Shown here: positions 1 through 9,765 of the stretch, piece after piece | How the letters are laid out: the number at the start of each line of letters is the position of its first letter | How positions within the stretch are numbered: position 1 is the first letter of the stretch | Notes under the pieces: generated by a model | Database searches by the model: none | Told to the model about the DNA's origin: nothing | Seen by the model: only the letters and a program-made list of their open reading frames with translations | Source: an uncultured Gemmatimonadales bacterium | GTDB lineage: Bacteria > Gemmatimonadota > Gemmatimonadetes > Gemmatimonadales > GWC2-71-9 | DNA length: 64,000 nucleotides | Assembly: GCA_963728915.1 (NCBI GenBank) | Contig: CAVSLV010000001.1 | Coordinates: 96,001 to 160,000, forward strand | Direction of reading: 5' to 3' | Position numbers and translations under genes: made by a program

Positions 1-998
1 GAGGTCATGAGCTGGGCAGGGAGCCGGAAGGTTGCCGCCGGTCGCAACGTGCCATCCTCGGGGCTCACCAGGGAGACCAGGCCGGCATCGGCATCCTGGA
101 TAGTCGCGGCGGTCCGGACCAGATCGTTGAGAATGACCTGGTGGTCGAGCTCGCTGGCCAGGCGACCACTCATGTCCAGGATGTGCCGGAGCCCTCGTTG
201 TTGCCGCCTTGGCCCGGTGATGTCGCGCGCGATGCTGGAGGCGCCCAGCATTCTTCCGTCAGCCGCCACGATGGGGGAGACCGTCAGCGAAACGTCCAGC
301 CGCCGTCCGTCCTTGGCGACCCGGGCGGTTTCATAGTTGCCGATCCGCTCGCCCTTCCGGATCCGGCTCAGGATTTCCTCCTCGGCCCCGCGCTCTTCGG
401 GCGGCACGATCAGGGTGATCGGCGCTCCGATGGCCTCCTGCGAGGTGAACCCGAAAAGCCGGACGGCTTCCTGGTTCCAGGACAGGATGGTCCCGTCCAG
501 GGTCTTGGAATAGATCGCGTCCCCGGACGATTCCACCAGCGCGGCCAGCCGGGCCTGGGCGTCGGTGGCGCGCTTGGGCTCGGTGATGTCGGTGATCAGG
601 TTGATGCACCCGGTTACCCGTCCTTCGGAATCGAGGATCGGGTTCGCGTGGGCGAGGGCGATCCACCGGCTCCCGTCCGCACGTTCGATTTCGATCTCCT
701 GGCCGAGGTACGGGCGACCTTCGCGGACCGCTCGAGCCATCCAGCACTGATCGTGGGGAATTGGCTGCCCGGTCCGGGCGTCCCACAACCGGAACGATCC
801 GCACCAGCGATCCGCTGTGCTGCCCAGAGCAGGGGCGCGACCCCAGGCAGCGACCGCGGCCTGGTTGTAGTAGGTGATCTGTCCCAGAGCATCGCAGAAG
901 TAGGCACCGATGGGGATGCTCTCGAGGGCTCGCAGGATGGCGGTGAACTCCGGGGAGGAGTCCTGCTGCTCTGGAATTGGCGAGCCGGTCCTGTCCAT
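1..998 (-). CDS. Multi-PAS domain sensor protein (probably a histidine kinase), 3' part outside the window
   Basis: Not in the ORF track because it runs off the edge. Manual translation from ATG 998: MDRTGSPIPEQQDSSPEFTAILRALESIPIGAYFCDALGQITYYNQAAVAAWG...LAALVESSGDAIYSKTLDGTILSWNQEAVRLFGF...RLDVSLTVSPI...GASSIARDIT, i.e. two PAS/PAC domains. Confidence 0.88.
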   Translation of the reverse strand, partial: MDRTGSPIPEQQDSSPEFTAILRALESIPIGAYFCDALGQITYYNQAAVAAWGRAPALGSTADRWCGSFRLWDARTGQPIPHDQCWMARAVREGRPYLGQEIEIERADGSRWIALAHANPILDSEGRVTGCINLITDITEPKRATDAQARLAALVESSGDAIYSKTLDGTILSWNQEAVRLFGFTSQEAIGAPITLIVPPEERGAEEEILSRIRKGERIGNYETARVAKDGRRLDVSLTVSPIVAADGRMLGASSIARDITGPRRQQRGLRHILDMSGRLASELDHQVILNDLVRTAATIQDADAGLVSLVSPEDGTLRPAATFRLPAQLMT

Positions 999-1203
999 GC
1001 GGAACCTTTTCTCCCGAAACCGGTACGCTGATTTTGCCTCTATCCTGGGCTTCGAGCAAGGGGTGGGGACGACAACCGGTCGTCCACGATGCACCGGGCG
1101 GCGTGGCCCCCCGAATTCCGCCTGGAAACAGAGCGGGTTTTTCCGCCGAGCATGGAAGGGAATTGGGTGGTGCCGCGGCGAGAGTTCGGGAACAGCTTTG
1201 GTC

Positions 1204-2736
1204 GTGCTCGCCCGCCTCCGTTCCGCCGCCACCCTCGGTATCGACGCGTACCTGGTGGATGTGGAGGTCGATCTCACCAATGGATTGCCTTCCTTCGCCA
1301 CGGTGGGCCTTCCCCACGGCGCGGTCAAGGAGGGCAGAGAACGGGTAGGCGCCGCGCTGGTCAATTCGGGATTCGAATTCCCGCTCAAACGGATCACCGT
1401 GAACCTGGCCCCGGCCGATATCCGGAAGGACGGCTCCGCGTTCGATCTTCCGATTGCCCTCGGCGTGCTAACGGCCAGCCAGCAGCTTCCCCCCGCGGCG
1501 TTCGAGCGCTCCGTTTTTCTTGGCGAGCTCGGGCTCCAGGGCGATCTCCGGCCGGTGCGTGGCGCGCTCTCCATGGTCCTGGCGGCGCGAAATGCGGGAG
1601 CGCGGGAGATCGTGGTGCCGATCGGCAATCTTCCCGAAGCCGCGGTAGTCGACGGGATCGCGGTGGTGGGGATCGAATCGCTGAGTCAGATGGTCCAGCA
1701 TCTGCGCGGCACTGCACCATGCTCTCCGACCCGCATCGACCCCCGCGCCTGGATCAGGGCGAGCACCGGGCCGGAGGAGGCGGACTTCGCCGACGTTCGG
1801 GGCCAGCGGGCCGTCAAGCGGGCGCTGGAAGTGGCGGCGGCCGGGGCGCACAACATTCTGCTGATCGGGCCACCTGGCGCCGGAAAAACGATGCTGGCCC
1901 GGCGGCTCCCGTCCATCCTGCCTGGACTCGAGCTCGACGAGGCGATCGAGATCACCCGGATCCATTCGGTGGCCGGGCTCCTTCCCGCAGAAACCGCCCT
2001 GCTCGGGGCTCGCCCCTTTCGTGCTCCCCATCATACCATCAGTGACGCGGGCCTGATCGGGGGCGGGTCGGTGCCCCGGCCGGGCGAAGTGAGCCTCGCC
2101 CACGGGGGAGTCCTGTTCCTGGACGAGCTCCCGGAGTTCCATCGCCACGTGCTCGAGGTTCTCCGCCAGCCGCTCGAAGACGGACACGTCACGGTGAGCC
2201 GGGCCAGCGCCCGGCTCGAGTTTCCGGCGCGGTTCACCCTGGTCGCGGCGATGAATCCGTGTCCCTGTGGCCACCTGGGCTCGGCTCGCAAGACGTGTCA
2301 TTGCGGTCAGGCCGTCATCGAGCGCTATCGGTCCCGCATTTCGGGTCCCCTGCTCGACCGGATCGACCTGCATCTCCAGGTTCCCGCGCTGCCGTTCGAA
2401 GAGTTTGCCGCGGAGCGGGATGGGGAATCGAGCGCCAGGGTGCGCGAACGGGTCGACGCGGCACGAGCCCGGCAGCGCGACCGGCTGCGTCATCGCGGCG
2501 GCGTACTGACCAATGCCTCGCTCACCTCGCGCGAAGTGAGACGGTACTGTCCCCAGACCCCGGCCATCGCCGAGCTGCTCCGGCTCGCGATGGAGCGGCT
2601 GGGGCTGTCAGCGCGCGGGTGCTACCGGATTCTCAAGGTCGCGCGCACGATTGCCGATCTTGCCGGTGGCGACGTCCTCGATCCCGCCCATGTTCGCGAA
2701 GCCCTTCAGTATCGCGGGCTCGCAGCGGCACGGTAA
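1204..2736 (+). CDS. comM: YifB/ComM family Mg-chelatase-like AAA+ ATPase
   Basis: GTG start giving MLARLRSAATLGIDAYLVDVEVD; ITVNLAPADIRKDGSAFDLPIA, Walker A GPPGAGKT, PFRAPHHT, LFLDELPEF, AAMNPCPCG. Confidence 0.93.
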   Translation: MLARLRSAATLGIDAYLVDVEVDLTNGLPSFATVGLPHGAVKEGRERVGAALVNSGFEFPLKRITVNLAPADIRKDGSAFDLPIALGVLTASQQLPPAAFERSVFLGELGLQGDLRPVRGALSMVLAARNAGAREIVVPIGNLPEAAVVDGIAVVGIESLSQMVQHLRGTAPCSPTRIDPRAWIRASTGPEEADFADVRGQRAVKRALEVAAAGAHNILLIGPPGAGKTMLARRLPSILPGLELDEAIEITRIHSVAGLLPAETALLGARPFRAPHHTISDAGLIGGGSVPRPGEVSLAHGGVLFLDELPEFHRHVLEVLRQPLEDGHVTVSRASARLEFPARFTLVAAMNPCPCGHLGSARKTCHCGQAVIERYRSRISGPLLDRIDLHLQVPALPFEEFAAERDGESSARVRERVDAARARQRDRLRHRGGVLTNASLTSREVRRYCPQTPAIAELLRLAMERLGLSARGCYRILKVARTIADLAGGDVLDPAHVREALQYRGLAAAR

Positions 2737-2805
2737 CGCCATCGGGTCCGGCCTTTCCCACTTCCTCGCCGTATCTTTGGAAGTCTTCTTCGATTCGAGG
2801 TTCCC

Positions 2806-3891
2806 GTGCGTTCCTCCCTCGCCCTGTTCGGGCTGCTGCTCCCCACGATGGTCCTGGCCCAAACCCGCCAACCGCGCCCCCCGGTGCCCATGGACTCGGC
2901 TCGGGCGGCCCAGCTCTACGTCAGCACTCGCCCGGAGGATCATCCCCCGACCAACTTCGCCCGGGACATCGCCGCGAAGCGCGCGACCGACAGCATCTAC
3001 GCCGCCCGGAGCGCCGGGGTCATGGAGTTCCGCAAGGTGACCTACAAGAGCAGCGCCGACGGGCTGGAAATCCCCGCCTACCTCTTTGCTCCCCTGACCC
3101 CGCGTGGTCCCCGGGGGCACGCCGCGATGGTCTGGGTCCACGGGGGGGTGCACGGCAACTGGGGCGAAACCATGTACCCGTTCGTGCGCGAAGCCGTCGA
3201 GCGCGGCTACGTCATCATCACCCCCGACTACCGCGGCAGCACCGGCTATGGGGCGAAGTGGTACAACCTCATCGACTACGGTGGCAAGGAGCTGGACGAC
3301 GTGGTGTCCGCGGTGGACTTTCTCAAGACGCTCCCCGATGTCGACCCCGACCGGATCGGCATCATGGGCTGGAGTCACGGCGGGTTCATCACCGCGAACC
3401 TCCTCTTTCGCGAGCAGCACCCCTTCAAGGCCGGCGCCGCGATCGTCCCGGTGACCAACCTGGTCTTTCGCCTGAGCTACAAGGGTCCCGGGTACCAGCG
3501 ATTGTACGCGACCCAGACCGGGTTCCAGGGGTTGCCCTTCGAGAAGCGCGACGAATACATCGCGCGCTCGCCGCTCTACAACGTCGAGAAGCTCAAGGTG
3601 CCGATGCTGGTGCACGTGGCGACCAACGACCTCGATGTGGACTATGTCGAAGATCAGCAGCTGGTCTGGAAGCTCCGCGCCCTGAAGCCCGACCTCGCCG
3701 AGACCAGGATCTATGTCGATCCCCCGACCTGGGGGTCATCCGGCGGCCACGCCTTCAGCCGGCGGGTCGATCCTAACACGCTGGAACGGGTCGATTCTCC
3801 CGAGCAGATCGATTCCTGGAACCGGACCTGGGTGTTCTTCGAATGGATCCTCCGCCCCTACGAGGGGGCCCAGAAACCCAAGGCGGAATAA
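2806..3891 (+). CDS. Secreted S9 (prolyl oligopeptidase family) serine peptidase
   Basis: Signal peptide; VHGG, PDYRGSTGYG and nucleophile elbow GWSHGG. Confidence 0.88.
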   Translation: MRSSLALFGLLLPTMVLAQTRQPRPPVPMDSARAAQLYVSTRPEDHPPTNFARDIAAKRATDSIYAARSAGVMEFRKVTYKSSADGLEIPAYLFAPLTPRGPRGHAAMVWVHGGVHGNWGETMYPFVREAVERGYVIITPDYRGSTGYGAKWYNLIDYGGKELDDVVSAVDFLKTLPDVDPDRIGIMGWSHGGFITANLLFREQHPFKAGAAIVPVTNLVFRLSYKGPGYQRLYATQTGFQGLPFEKRDEYIARSPLYNVEKLKVPMLVHVATNDLDVDYVEDQQLVWKLRALKPDLAETRIYVDPPTWGSSGGHAFSRRVDPNTLERVDSPEQIDSWNRTWVFFEWILRPYEGAQKPKAE

Positions 3892-4060
3892 CAGTCCCGG
3901 GCGCTCTGCGACCGTTGCGGGCTCGCAACACCAGCGGGCTATCCGGCCCTCCCGGGCCCGGCGCAATCCTGACCCCTCGGCCTCGGCATGGTTGTTGAGG
4001 GACAGGATCGAACCATTCCACCCACGGGGGTTCGATTTGGATCGCGGCTCGACGAGCCAG

Positions 4061-5167
4061 GTGCCCGACCATGCCACTGGCAAGAGTGCCAGGCGGTATG
4101 GGTCGCGCCCGGGGGCGAATGCCTGGGATCCCTTCGAGCTCGAGCTGCTCGGGGCCCGGATTCTCCTGGTGGACGACGAGCCCGCCAACCTTTCGCTGCT
4201 TCGCCGTGCCCTGGTGCGCGCCGGTTACACCAACATCCTCGAGACCTCGGATCCGCTCCAGGTGTACTCGCTCTTCCAGGAGCATCACCCCGATCTCATG
4301 TGTCTCGACCTTCGGATGGCGCCGCTGGATGGCCTGGGTGTGCTCAATCAGCTCGCCCCGCTGATTTCCCGCGATACCTACTTCCCGATCCTGATGCTGA
4401 CCGGCGATACCTCTCCGCAGGCCAAGCAGGAAGCCCTGTCGCTCGGCGCGAAGGACTTTCTGACCAAGCCATTCGACATTCAGGAGGTCCTGCTCCGGAT
4501 CCACAATCTGCTGGTGCCCCGGTTCCTCCACCTCCATCTCCAGCACCAGAACGATTTCCTGGAGGTGCGGGTTCAGGCGCGGACCCGAGCGCTGGAAGAG
4601 GCGCGTCTCGAGGTCTTCGAGCGGCTGGGACGCGCGGCCGAGTATCGGGATGACAACACCGGTCAACACGTGCGGCGGGTGGGCCGGACGGCAGGTCTTC
4701 TTGCTGGGGCGATCGGACTGGATCCGACCGCGGTCGAGCTGATTCAGCGCGCCGCCACCCTCCACGATGTCGGCAAGATCGGGGTGCCCGACGAGATCCT
4801 GCTCAAACCCGATCGCCTGACGGTCGAGGAGTTCGAAGTGATGAAGCGGCACACCACGATCGGAGCGGGGATTCTCTCGGGAGGAAGCTCCGACCTGATC
4901 CATGCCGCCGAGGACGTGGCGCTCAATCATCACGAGTGGTGGAATGGAGCCGGCTACCCCGGCGGCAAGGCGGGGGAAGACATCCCCCTGGCCGCCCGCA
5001 TCGTGGGGCTGGCCGACGTGTTCGATGCCCTGAGTCACTCCCGTCCCTATCGCGATGCGTGGCCGCTTCCCAGGGTGCTGGGGTGCCTGCGGGAAGAGAG
5101 CGGAACCCATTTCGATCCGGAGCTGGTGGAGGCCTTTTCCCGGCTCCCCCACGAACGGCTGATCTGA
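4061..5167 (+). CDS. Response regulator with HD-GYP c-di-GMP phosphodiesterase domain (RpfG-like)
   Basis: REC domain (ILLVDDE...LDLRM...FLTKP) followed by HDVGKIG and HHEWWNGAGYP. Start codon uncertain (GTG 4061 chosen). Confidence 0.88.
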   Translation: MPDHATGKSARRYGSRPGANAWDPFELELLGARILLVDDEPANLSLLRRALVRAGYTNILETSDPLQVYSLFQEHHPDLMCLDLRMAPLDGLGVLNQLAPLISRDTYFPILMLTGDTSPQAKQEALSLGAKDFLTKPFDIQEVLLRIHNLLVPRFLHLHLQHQNDFLEVRVQARTRALEEARLEVFERLGRAAEYRDDNTGQHVRRVGRTAGLLAGAIGLDPTAVELIQRAATLHDVGKIGVPDEILLKPDRLTVEEFEVMKRHTTIGAGILSGGSSDLIHAAEDVALNHHEWWNGAGYPGGKAGEDIPLAARIVGLADVFDALSHSRPYRDAWPLPRVLGCLREESGTHFDPELVEAFSRLPHERLI

Positions 5168-5179
5168 TCCGGCGGTTGG

Positions 5180-6154
5180 CTAGGAGTCGAGCACCAGCGC
5201 GGCGATGAGCGGCATCACGATCGACGCATCGGACTCGATGATGTAGCTGGGCGTATCCGGCGCCAGTTTCCCCCAGGTGATCTTCTCGTTCGGGACCGCT
5301 CCCGAGTAGCTCCCATAGCTCGTGGTGGAATCGCTGATCTGGCAGAAGTAGGCCCACAAGGGGACCTCGGTGCGGCCGAGATCCTGGTGGAGCATCGGGA
5401 CGACGCAGATGGGGAAGTCGCCCGCGATCCCCCCCGCAATCTGGAAGAAGCCGATCGGGTGGCTCGTGCTGGTCTGCTGATACCAGGCGGCCAGCGCGGT
5501 CATGTATTCGATCCCGGTCCGCACCGTGTGCACGTTGCCGATGTGCTGCTCGATGCAATGCCCCGCGTACATGTTTCCGAGGGTCGAGTCTTCCCAGCCC
5601 GGCACGAACATCGGCAGATTCGCCTCGGCGGCGGCCATCATCCAGCTGTCCCGGGGATCGATCTGGTAGTGCGGCCGCAGATCGCCGCTTCGGAGAATCC
5701 GGAACATGAACTCGTGGGGGAAGAGCCGTTCCTTCCGCTGATCGGCCGACTGCCACTCCGTGAGCACGGCCGACTCGATTCGTCGCATCGCCTCGCCTTC
5801 CGGGATGCAGGTATCGGTCACCCGATTGAGATGGCGGGCGAGGAGCGCCGCCTCATCGCCCGGCGTGAGATCTCGGTAGCGGGGAATCCGCTCGTAGTGA
5901 TCGTGGGCGACCAGGTTGAAGACATCCTCCTCGAGGTTGGCTCCGGTACAGCTGATCCCGTGGATCTTCTTCTGCCGGATCAGCTCCGCGATGGAGATCC
6001 CGAGCTCCGCGGTGCTCATGGCCCCGGCGATGGTCAGAAACATCCGGCCCCCGGCATCGAGCAGGGCGCGCCACCCGTCCGCCGCTTCGATGACGGTCGC
6101 CGCGTTGAAGTGCCGGAAGTGGTGACGGAGGTAGCGGGAGACCGGATTCGCCAT
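5180..6154 (-). CDS. Deoxyhypusine synthase-like protein (bacterial homospermidine synthase type)
   Basis: AGAMSTAELG, CTGANLEED, QISDSTTSYGSYSGAVPNEKITWGK. ATG at 6154. Confidence 0.9.
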   Translation of the reverse strand: MANPVSRYLRHHFRHFNAATVIEAADGWRALLDAGGRMFLTIAGAMSTAELGISIAELIRQKKIHGISCTGANLEEDVFNLVAHDHYERIPRYRDLTPGDEAALLARHLNRVTDTCIPEGEAMRRIESAVLTEWQSADQRKERLFPHEFMFRILRSGDLRPHYQIDPRDSWMMAAAEANLPMFVPGWEDSTLGNMYAGHCIEQHIGNVHTVRTGIEYMTALAAWYQQTSTSHPIGFFQIAGGIAGDFPICVVPMLHQDLGRTEVPLWAYFCQISDSTTSYGSYSGAVPNEKITWGKLAPDTPSYIIESDASIVMPLIAALVLDS

Positions 6155-6170
6155 GGTCAACAGAATAACC

Positions 6171-7118
6171 TCAGGCCGGACCCGCTTCCAGCGCGGCCAG
6201 CTCCCGCGCCTCGGTGCGTAACACGGCCCGCGCCTCTTCGAGCTCGACTTCCCGGAAGCGGATCCGGGTTCCCGGCACGCACTGCGCCAAGCGGTCCAGG
6301 TCCGGACGCACCACCACCGCGATCTTGGGGTATCCCCCGACGGTGGGTCCATCGGGCATCAGGACGATGGGCTGACCGTTGTCGGGGACCTGGATGGCGC
6401 CGGGACAGGCCGCCTCCGAGGGAAGGGTCGCCTGATCGCGAGGCGGAATCGCCGGTCCGGTGAGCCGGTAGCCCGCCCGATCGGAAGCGCGGTCGACGAT
6501 GAACTCCTCCGCGAGCAGCCCCCGGCAGGCCGGTTCATCGAACCGCTCCCACTGAGGACCGCGGGTGATCCGGATCACCCGGACCGCTTCCGGCTCGGGC
6601 CGCCGTCCGATGTCCTGACGGACCCGGGCCATGAGCTCGGCCGGCGGGGAGGAGAGGGCCGTGCCGATCTCGAGCCCGTCTTCCGCCCGGAGCCGGCGTC
6701 CCCCGAGTCCGCCGAGGCCGCCCGGCAGGTAGGTCGACCGGCTCCCTAACACGGGCTCCGTGGCGATGCCCCCGGCGACCGCCAGGTAGCAGAAGGCCGG
6801 CGTGCACCCCGGAATCAGGATCACCTCGGTTCCGCTCGGCACGTCCACCGCGATCGCCTCCCCGATCGTTTGCCCGTCCAGTCGCACTTCGGCGGGCCCG
6901 ATCGCGGTGAACCGATGGCGCTGTTCGCAGCGGATCGCGAGCGGCCCGAGCGACCATTCCAGGGCCGCCGCACCGGGCCGGTTCCCGAGGGACAGATTGG
7001 CGAGCTGGAGCGCGCGCCGATCCATGGCGCCGCTTTCGGGCAGCCCGAACGCGCGACCGGCCGGGAATCCGAGGTCCTGCACCACGGCGTGTGGCGGGGG
7101 TTTGACGATCCGGATCAT
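6171..7118 (-). CDS. pxpC: 5-oxoprolinase subunit C (carboxyltransferase domain)
   Basis: VQDLG, GAMD, LGSRST, SDRAGYRL, GAIQVP..GQPIVLMPDGPTVGGYPKIA. ATG 7118 overlaps the pxpB stop. Confidence 0.88.
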   Translation of the reverse strand: MIRIVKPPPHAVVQDLGFPAGRAFGLPESGAMDRRALQLANLSLGNRPGAAALEWSLGPLAIRCEQRHRFTAIGPAEVRLDGQTIGEAIAVDVPSGTEVILIPGCTPAFCYLAVAGGIATEPVLGSRSTYLPGGLGGLGGRRLRAEDGLEIGTALSSPPAELMARVRQDIGRRPEPEAVRVIRITRGPQWERFDEPACRGLLAEEFIVDRASDRAGYRLTGPAIPPRDQATLPSEAACPGAIQVPDNGQPIVLMPDGPTVGGYPKIAVVVRPDLDRLAQCVPGTRIRFREVELEEARAVLRTEARELAALEAGPA

Positions 7119-7774
7119 CCGATGTCCTCGAAGCGCACCCGATCGCCGGGACGAAGCAGGGCCGGGGGCGTTCGGGTTCGATCGAACAGGGCCAGCTCGG
7201 TCCGGCCGAGCAGATGCCAGCCGCCCGGAGTCGCGAGCGGGTACACCGCGGTCTGGGCTCCCGCGATGGCCACCGAGCCGGCCGGGACCTGGAGCCGGGG
7301 GCTGTCCCGCCGGGGAAGCCGGAGCGCCGGATCGAGCTCGCCCAGATAGGCGAACCCGGGGGCGAACCCGAGGAGGTACACCACGTACTCCGGTCCGGTG
7401 TGGCGGCGGATCACTTCGTCGCGGGTTAGGCCGGTGCGCCGGGCGACCAGATCGAGATCCGCCCCGTCGTAGCGGGTGGGGATGGTCACCAGCCGGGAAT
7501 CGGAGGTCGGACCCGGGCCATCCCCGGGCAGCGGGAGCGAAGTCAGGTGGGCCAGCTCCCGGCCGATCGCGGCCGCGTCGGCCTGGGGGTCGCAGAACAC
7601 GGTGACCGCGGCGTAGGCGGGAACGATCTCGCGGACTCCCGCCGGCGGCTTCGCCGCGATCGCGCGGGCCAGCCGCACCACCTGGCGGTGGAGCGCCGGG
7701 TCGACCCGATCGCCCAGCACCAGGGTCCAGGCGGATTCCCCGAGGGGCAACAGCCGGGGTTCCAGCGGATTCAC
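7115..7774 (-). CDS. pxpB: 5-oxoprolinase subunit B (KipI-like)
   Basis: VYLLGFAPGFAYLG, PAGSVAIAGAQTAVYP, TPGGWHLLGRT. Confidence 0.92.
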   Translation of the reverse strand: MNPLEPRLLPLGESAWTLVLGDRVDPALHRQVVRLARAIAAKPPAGVREIVPAYAAVTVFCDPQADAAAIGRELAHLTSLPLPGDGPGPTSDSRLVTIPTRYDGADLDLVARRTGLTRDEVIRRHTGPEYVVYLLGFAPGFAYLGELDPALRLPRRDSPRLQVPAGSVAIAGAQTAVYPLATPGGWHLLGRTELALFDRTRTPPALLRPGDRVRFEDIG

Positions 7775-8532
7775 TTGACGAAGGGCGCCAGCGTGATGCC
7801 TTCGGCCTCGAAGCGATGGCGCACCGCGCGCACGATGGAGGCTGCGTTGGGGCTATCGCCATGGACGCACAGGGAGTCTGCCCGCACGATGCAGCGGGTC
7901 CCGTCAATCGCGACCACGTAATGGTCCTGCACCATCCGGAGGGCCCGCTCCGCGATGGCGTCGATGTCGTCGAGGACCGCGCCGGCCTCGCTTCGGGGAA
8001 GCAGCTGCCCATCGGGCTGGTAGGCGCGGTCCACGAAGGCCTCCCGGGCGACATCGAGCCCGGTCTCCGACGCCGCGGTGAGGAGCGCGCTGCCTTCCGG
8101 GCCGAGGATGACCAGATCGGTGTCCATCTGCCGCAGGGCGTAGGTCACGCTCTTCGCGACGTCCCGGTCGCGCGCGGCCCGGTGGTAGAGCGCCCCGTGC
8201 AGCTTGACGTAGCGGACCCGGGTGCCGGCGGCCCGGCAGAACCCCTCGAGGGCGCCCACCTGGTACAGCACGTCCGCGGCGAGCTCGGCGGGCGAGGCGG
8301 CCAGCTCGCGACGGCCGAAGCCGACCAGGTCGCGGTACCCCGGATGGGCCCCGATGGTGACCCCCCGGCCTGCGGCCGCGCCCACCATCCGCTGCATGAC
8401 CAGGGGGTCTCCCCCGTGAAAGCCGCACGCGATGTTGGCGGAGGTGACCAGCGCCAGCAGCTCTTCGTCGCCACTCAGCTGATACCGGCCGAAGCTCTCG
8501 CCCAGGTCGGCATTGAGGTCGATACGGGTCAC
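7771..8532 (-). CDS. pxpA: 5-oxoprolinase subunit A (LamB/YcsF family)
   Basis: IDLNADLGESFG, SANIACGFHGGDP, GAHPGY, YVKLHGALY, SLCVHGD. GTG at 8532. Confidence 0.94.
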   Translation of the reverse strand: MTRIDLNADLGESFGRYQLSGDEELLALVTSANIACGFHGGDPLVMQRMVGAAAGRGVTIGAHPGYRDLVGFGRRELAASPAELAADVLYQVGALEGFCRAAGTRVRYVKLHGALYHRAARDRDVAKSVTYALRQMDTDLVILGPEGSALLTAASETGLDVAREAFVDRAYQPDGQLLPRSEAGAVLDDIDAIAERALRMVQDHYVVAIDGTRCIVRADSLCVHGDSPNAASIVRAVRHRFEAEGITLAPFVK

Positions 8533-8627
8533 CCGGGGCTCCGCGAAAGGTGCCTGAAGACTGCCGCCGCGACGGACCGCGAGCAAGGTCGGCCCGGTCC
8601 CGGCGGGGCCGGCGCCGTTCGGGAAAG

Positions 8628-8666
8628 ATATTTTGATTTGACAAATCAAAATATGTCTCCTAGGCT
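8628..8666 (+). promoter_or_regulatory. Perfect 13-bp inverted-repeat operator overlapping a sigma70 promoter
   Basis: ATATTTTGATTTG-A-CAAATCAAAATAT at 8628-8654; TTGACA 8638-8643, 17-nt spacer, TAGGCT 8661-8666. Confidence 0.8.
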
Positions 8667-8671
8667 TGAGC

Positions 8672-9145
8672 GTGCCTCCCACCGCCGCGCGCGCTGCTCG
8701 CCGGGTCGTCCACGCCGTTCCCCTGGTGCTGGCCGCCTGCCGGCGCCGGGAAGTCGGCGAGCCGGGCAGCCGGATCCGCCTGAGCGCGCACCTGGCCGGC
8801 CTCCTCGAACACCTCGACCTCGTGAGCCCGCTGGCCCCCGGCGAGCTGGCCCGGCGCCTCCGGGTGACCCCGGCCACCGTCTCCCTTCAGGTGGCCCGCT
8901 TGATCGCCCTGCGTCTGGTGGTCCGCTCCCAGGATTCCCAGGATGCCCGCCGCGCCTGGCTCCGGCTCACCCCGGCGGGGGCCCGGCTGCGCGACCAGCG
9001 CAGCCTGCTCGATCCGGAAGCGGTCGAAGCCATGCTGCTCACCCTTCCCGCCTCGGAGCGCGAACGGGCGGTCGCCGGCATCGAATCGCTGGGCCAGGCC
9101 GCCCAGCGCTACTCCGCTCCGTCCCTCCGAACCCCCGTCGCATGA
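8672..9145 (+). CDS. MarR family transcriptional regulator
   Basis: Winged HTH: LAPGELARRLRVTPATVSLQVARL...LVVRSQDSQDARRAWLRLTPAG. Probable leaderless GTG at 8672 (track start 8666). Confidence 0.85.
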   Translation: MPPTAARAARRVVHAVPLVLAACRRREVGEPGSRIRLSAHLAGLLEHLDLVSPLAPGELARRLRVTPATVSLQVARLIALRLVVRSQDSQDARRAWLRLTPAGARLRDQRSLLDPEAVEAMLLTLPASERERAVAGIESLGQAAQRYSAPSLRTPVA

Positions 9146-9699
9146 ACTGGATCGAACGCCGGAAGCGGTCCCACCGCCGCCGCCAGATGCTGCGCGGCTC
9201 GCTCGCCGGGGCGGCGGTCCTCGCCGTCCTCGCCCTTGCCGGCGTCGTGCTGCCGGGAGAGAGCGTCCGGAGGGGCACGCTCACGATCTCACGCTCCCGC
9301 GAATCGATCTGGCGGATCCTCACCGATCTCGACGGCATGCCGCGCTGGCGGTCCGACATCACCGCGCTCGAGCGACTGCCCGATCGGGACGGGAGGCCGG
9401 TCTGGCGCGAAAACGACGGGGGGAGCGTCCGAGTGCTCCAGCTCGCCCTGATCGAACCGCCCCGCCGGCTGGAGATGCGGCCGGTCACGGGTTATGGCGG
9501 GGACGACCGGATGATCGAGCTCGAGGAGACCGGCGGGGGAAGCGGAACCAGGGTGCGGGTGATCGAGCGCCACGCGGTGAGCCCGCTGGGACGCTTGTTC
9601 GCGCGACTCGGCCGCTCCCGCCATGCCGCGCCGGTATTCCTGCAGGACCTGGCCCGCCGGCTTGGAGGAGAAAGGCAGCAGGTCGCCAGTACGCCGTAA
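9142..9699 (+). CDS. SRPBCC/polyketide-cyclase-like protein with N-terminal membrane anchor
   Basis: ATGA overlap with the MarR gene; TM helix, then ISRSRESIWRILTDLDGMPRWRSDI. Confidence 0.75.
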   Translation: MNWIERRKRSHRRRQMLRGSLAGAAVLAVLALAGVVLPGESVRRGTLTISRSRESIWRILTDLDGMPRWRSDITALERLPDRDGRPVWRENDGGSVRVLQLALIEPPRRLEMRPVTGYGGDDRMIELEETGGGSGTRVRVIERHAVSPLGRLFARLGRSRHAAPVFLQDLARRLGGERQQVASTP

Positions 9700-9765
9700 C
9701 GCCGGGCTTGCTCAATCGCTCCGGCCCGCGCAACGTTGGGCTTCCCGATCATCCAAGAGGCTGGC

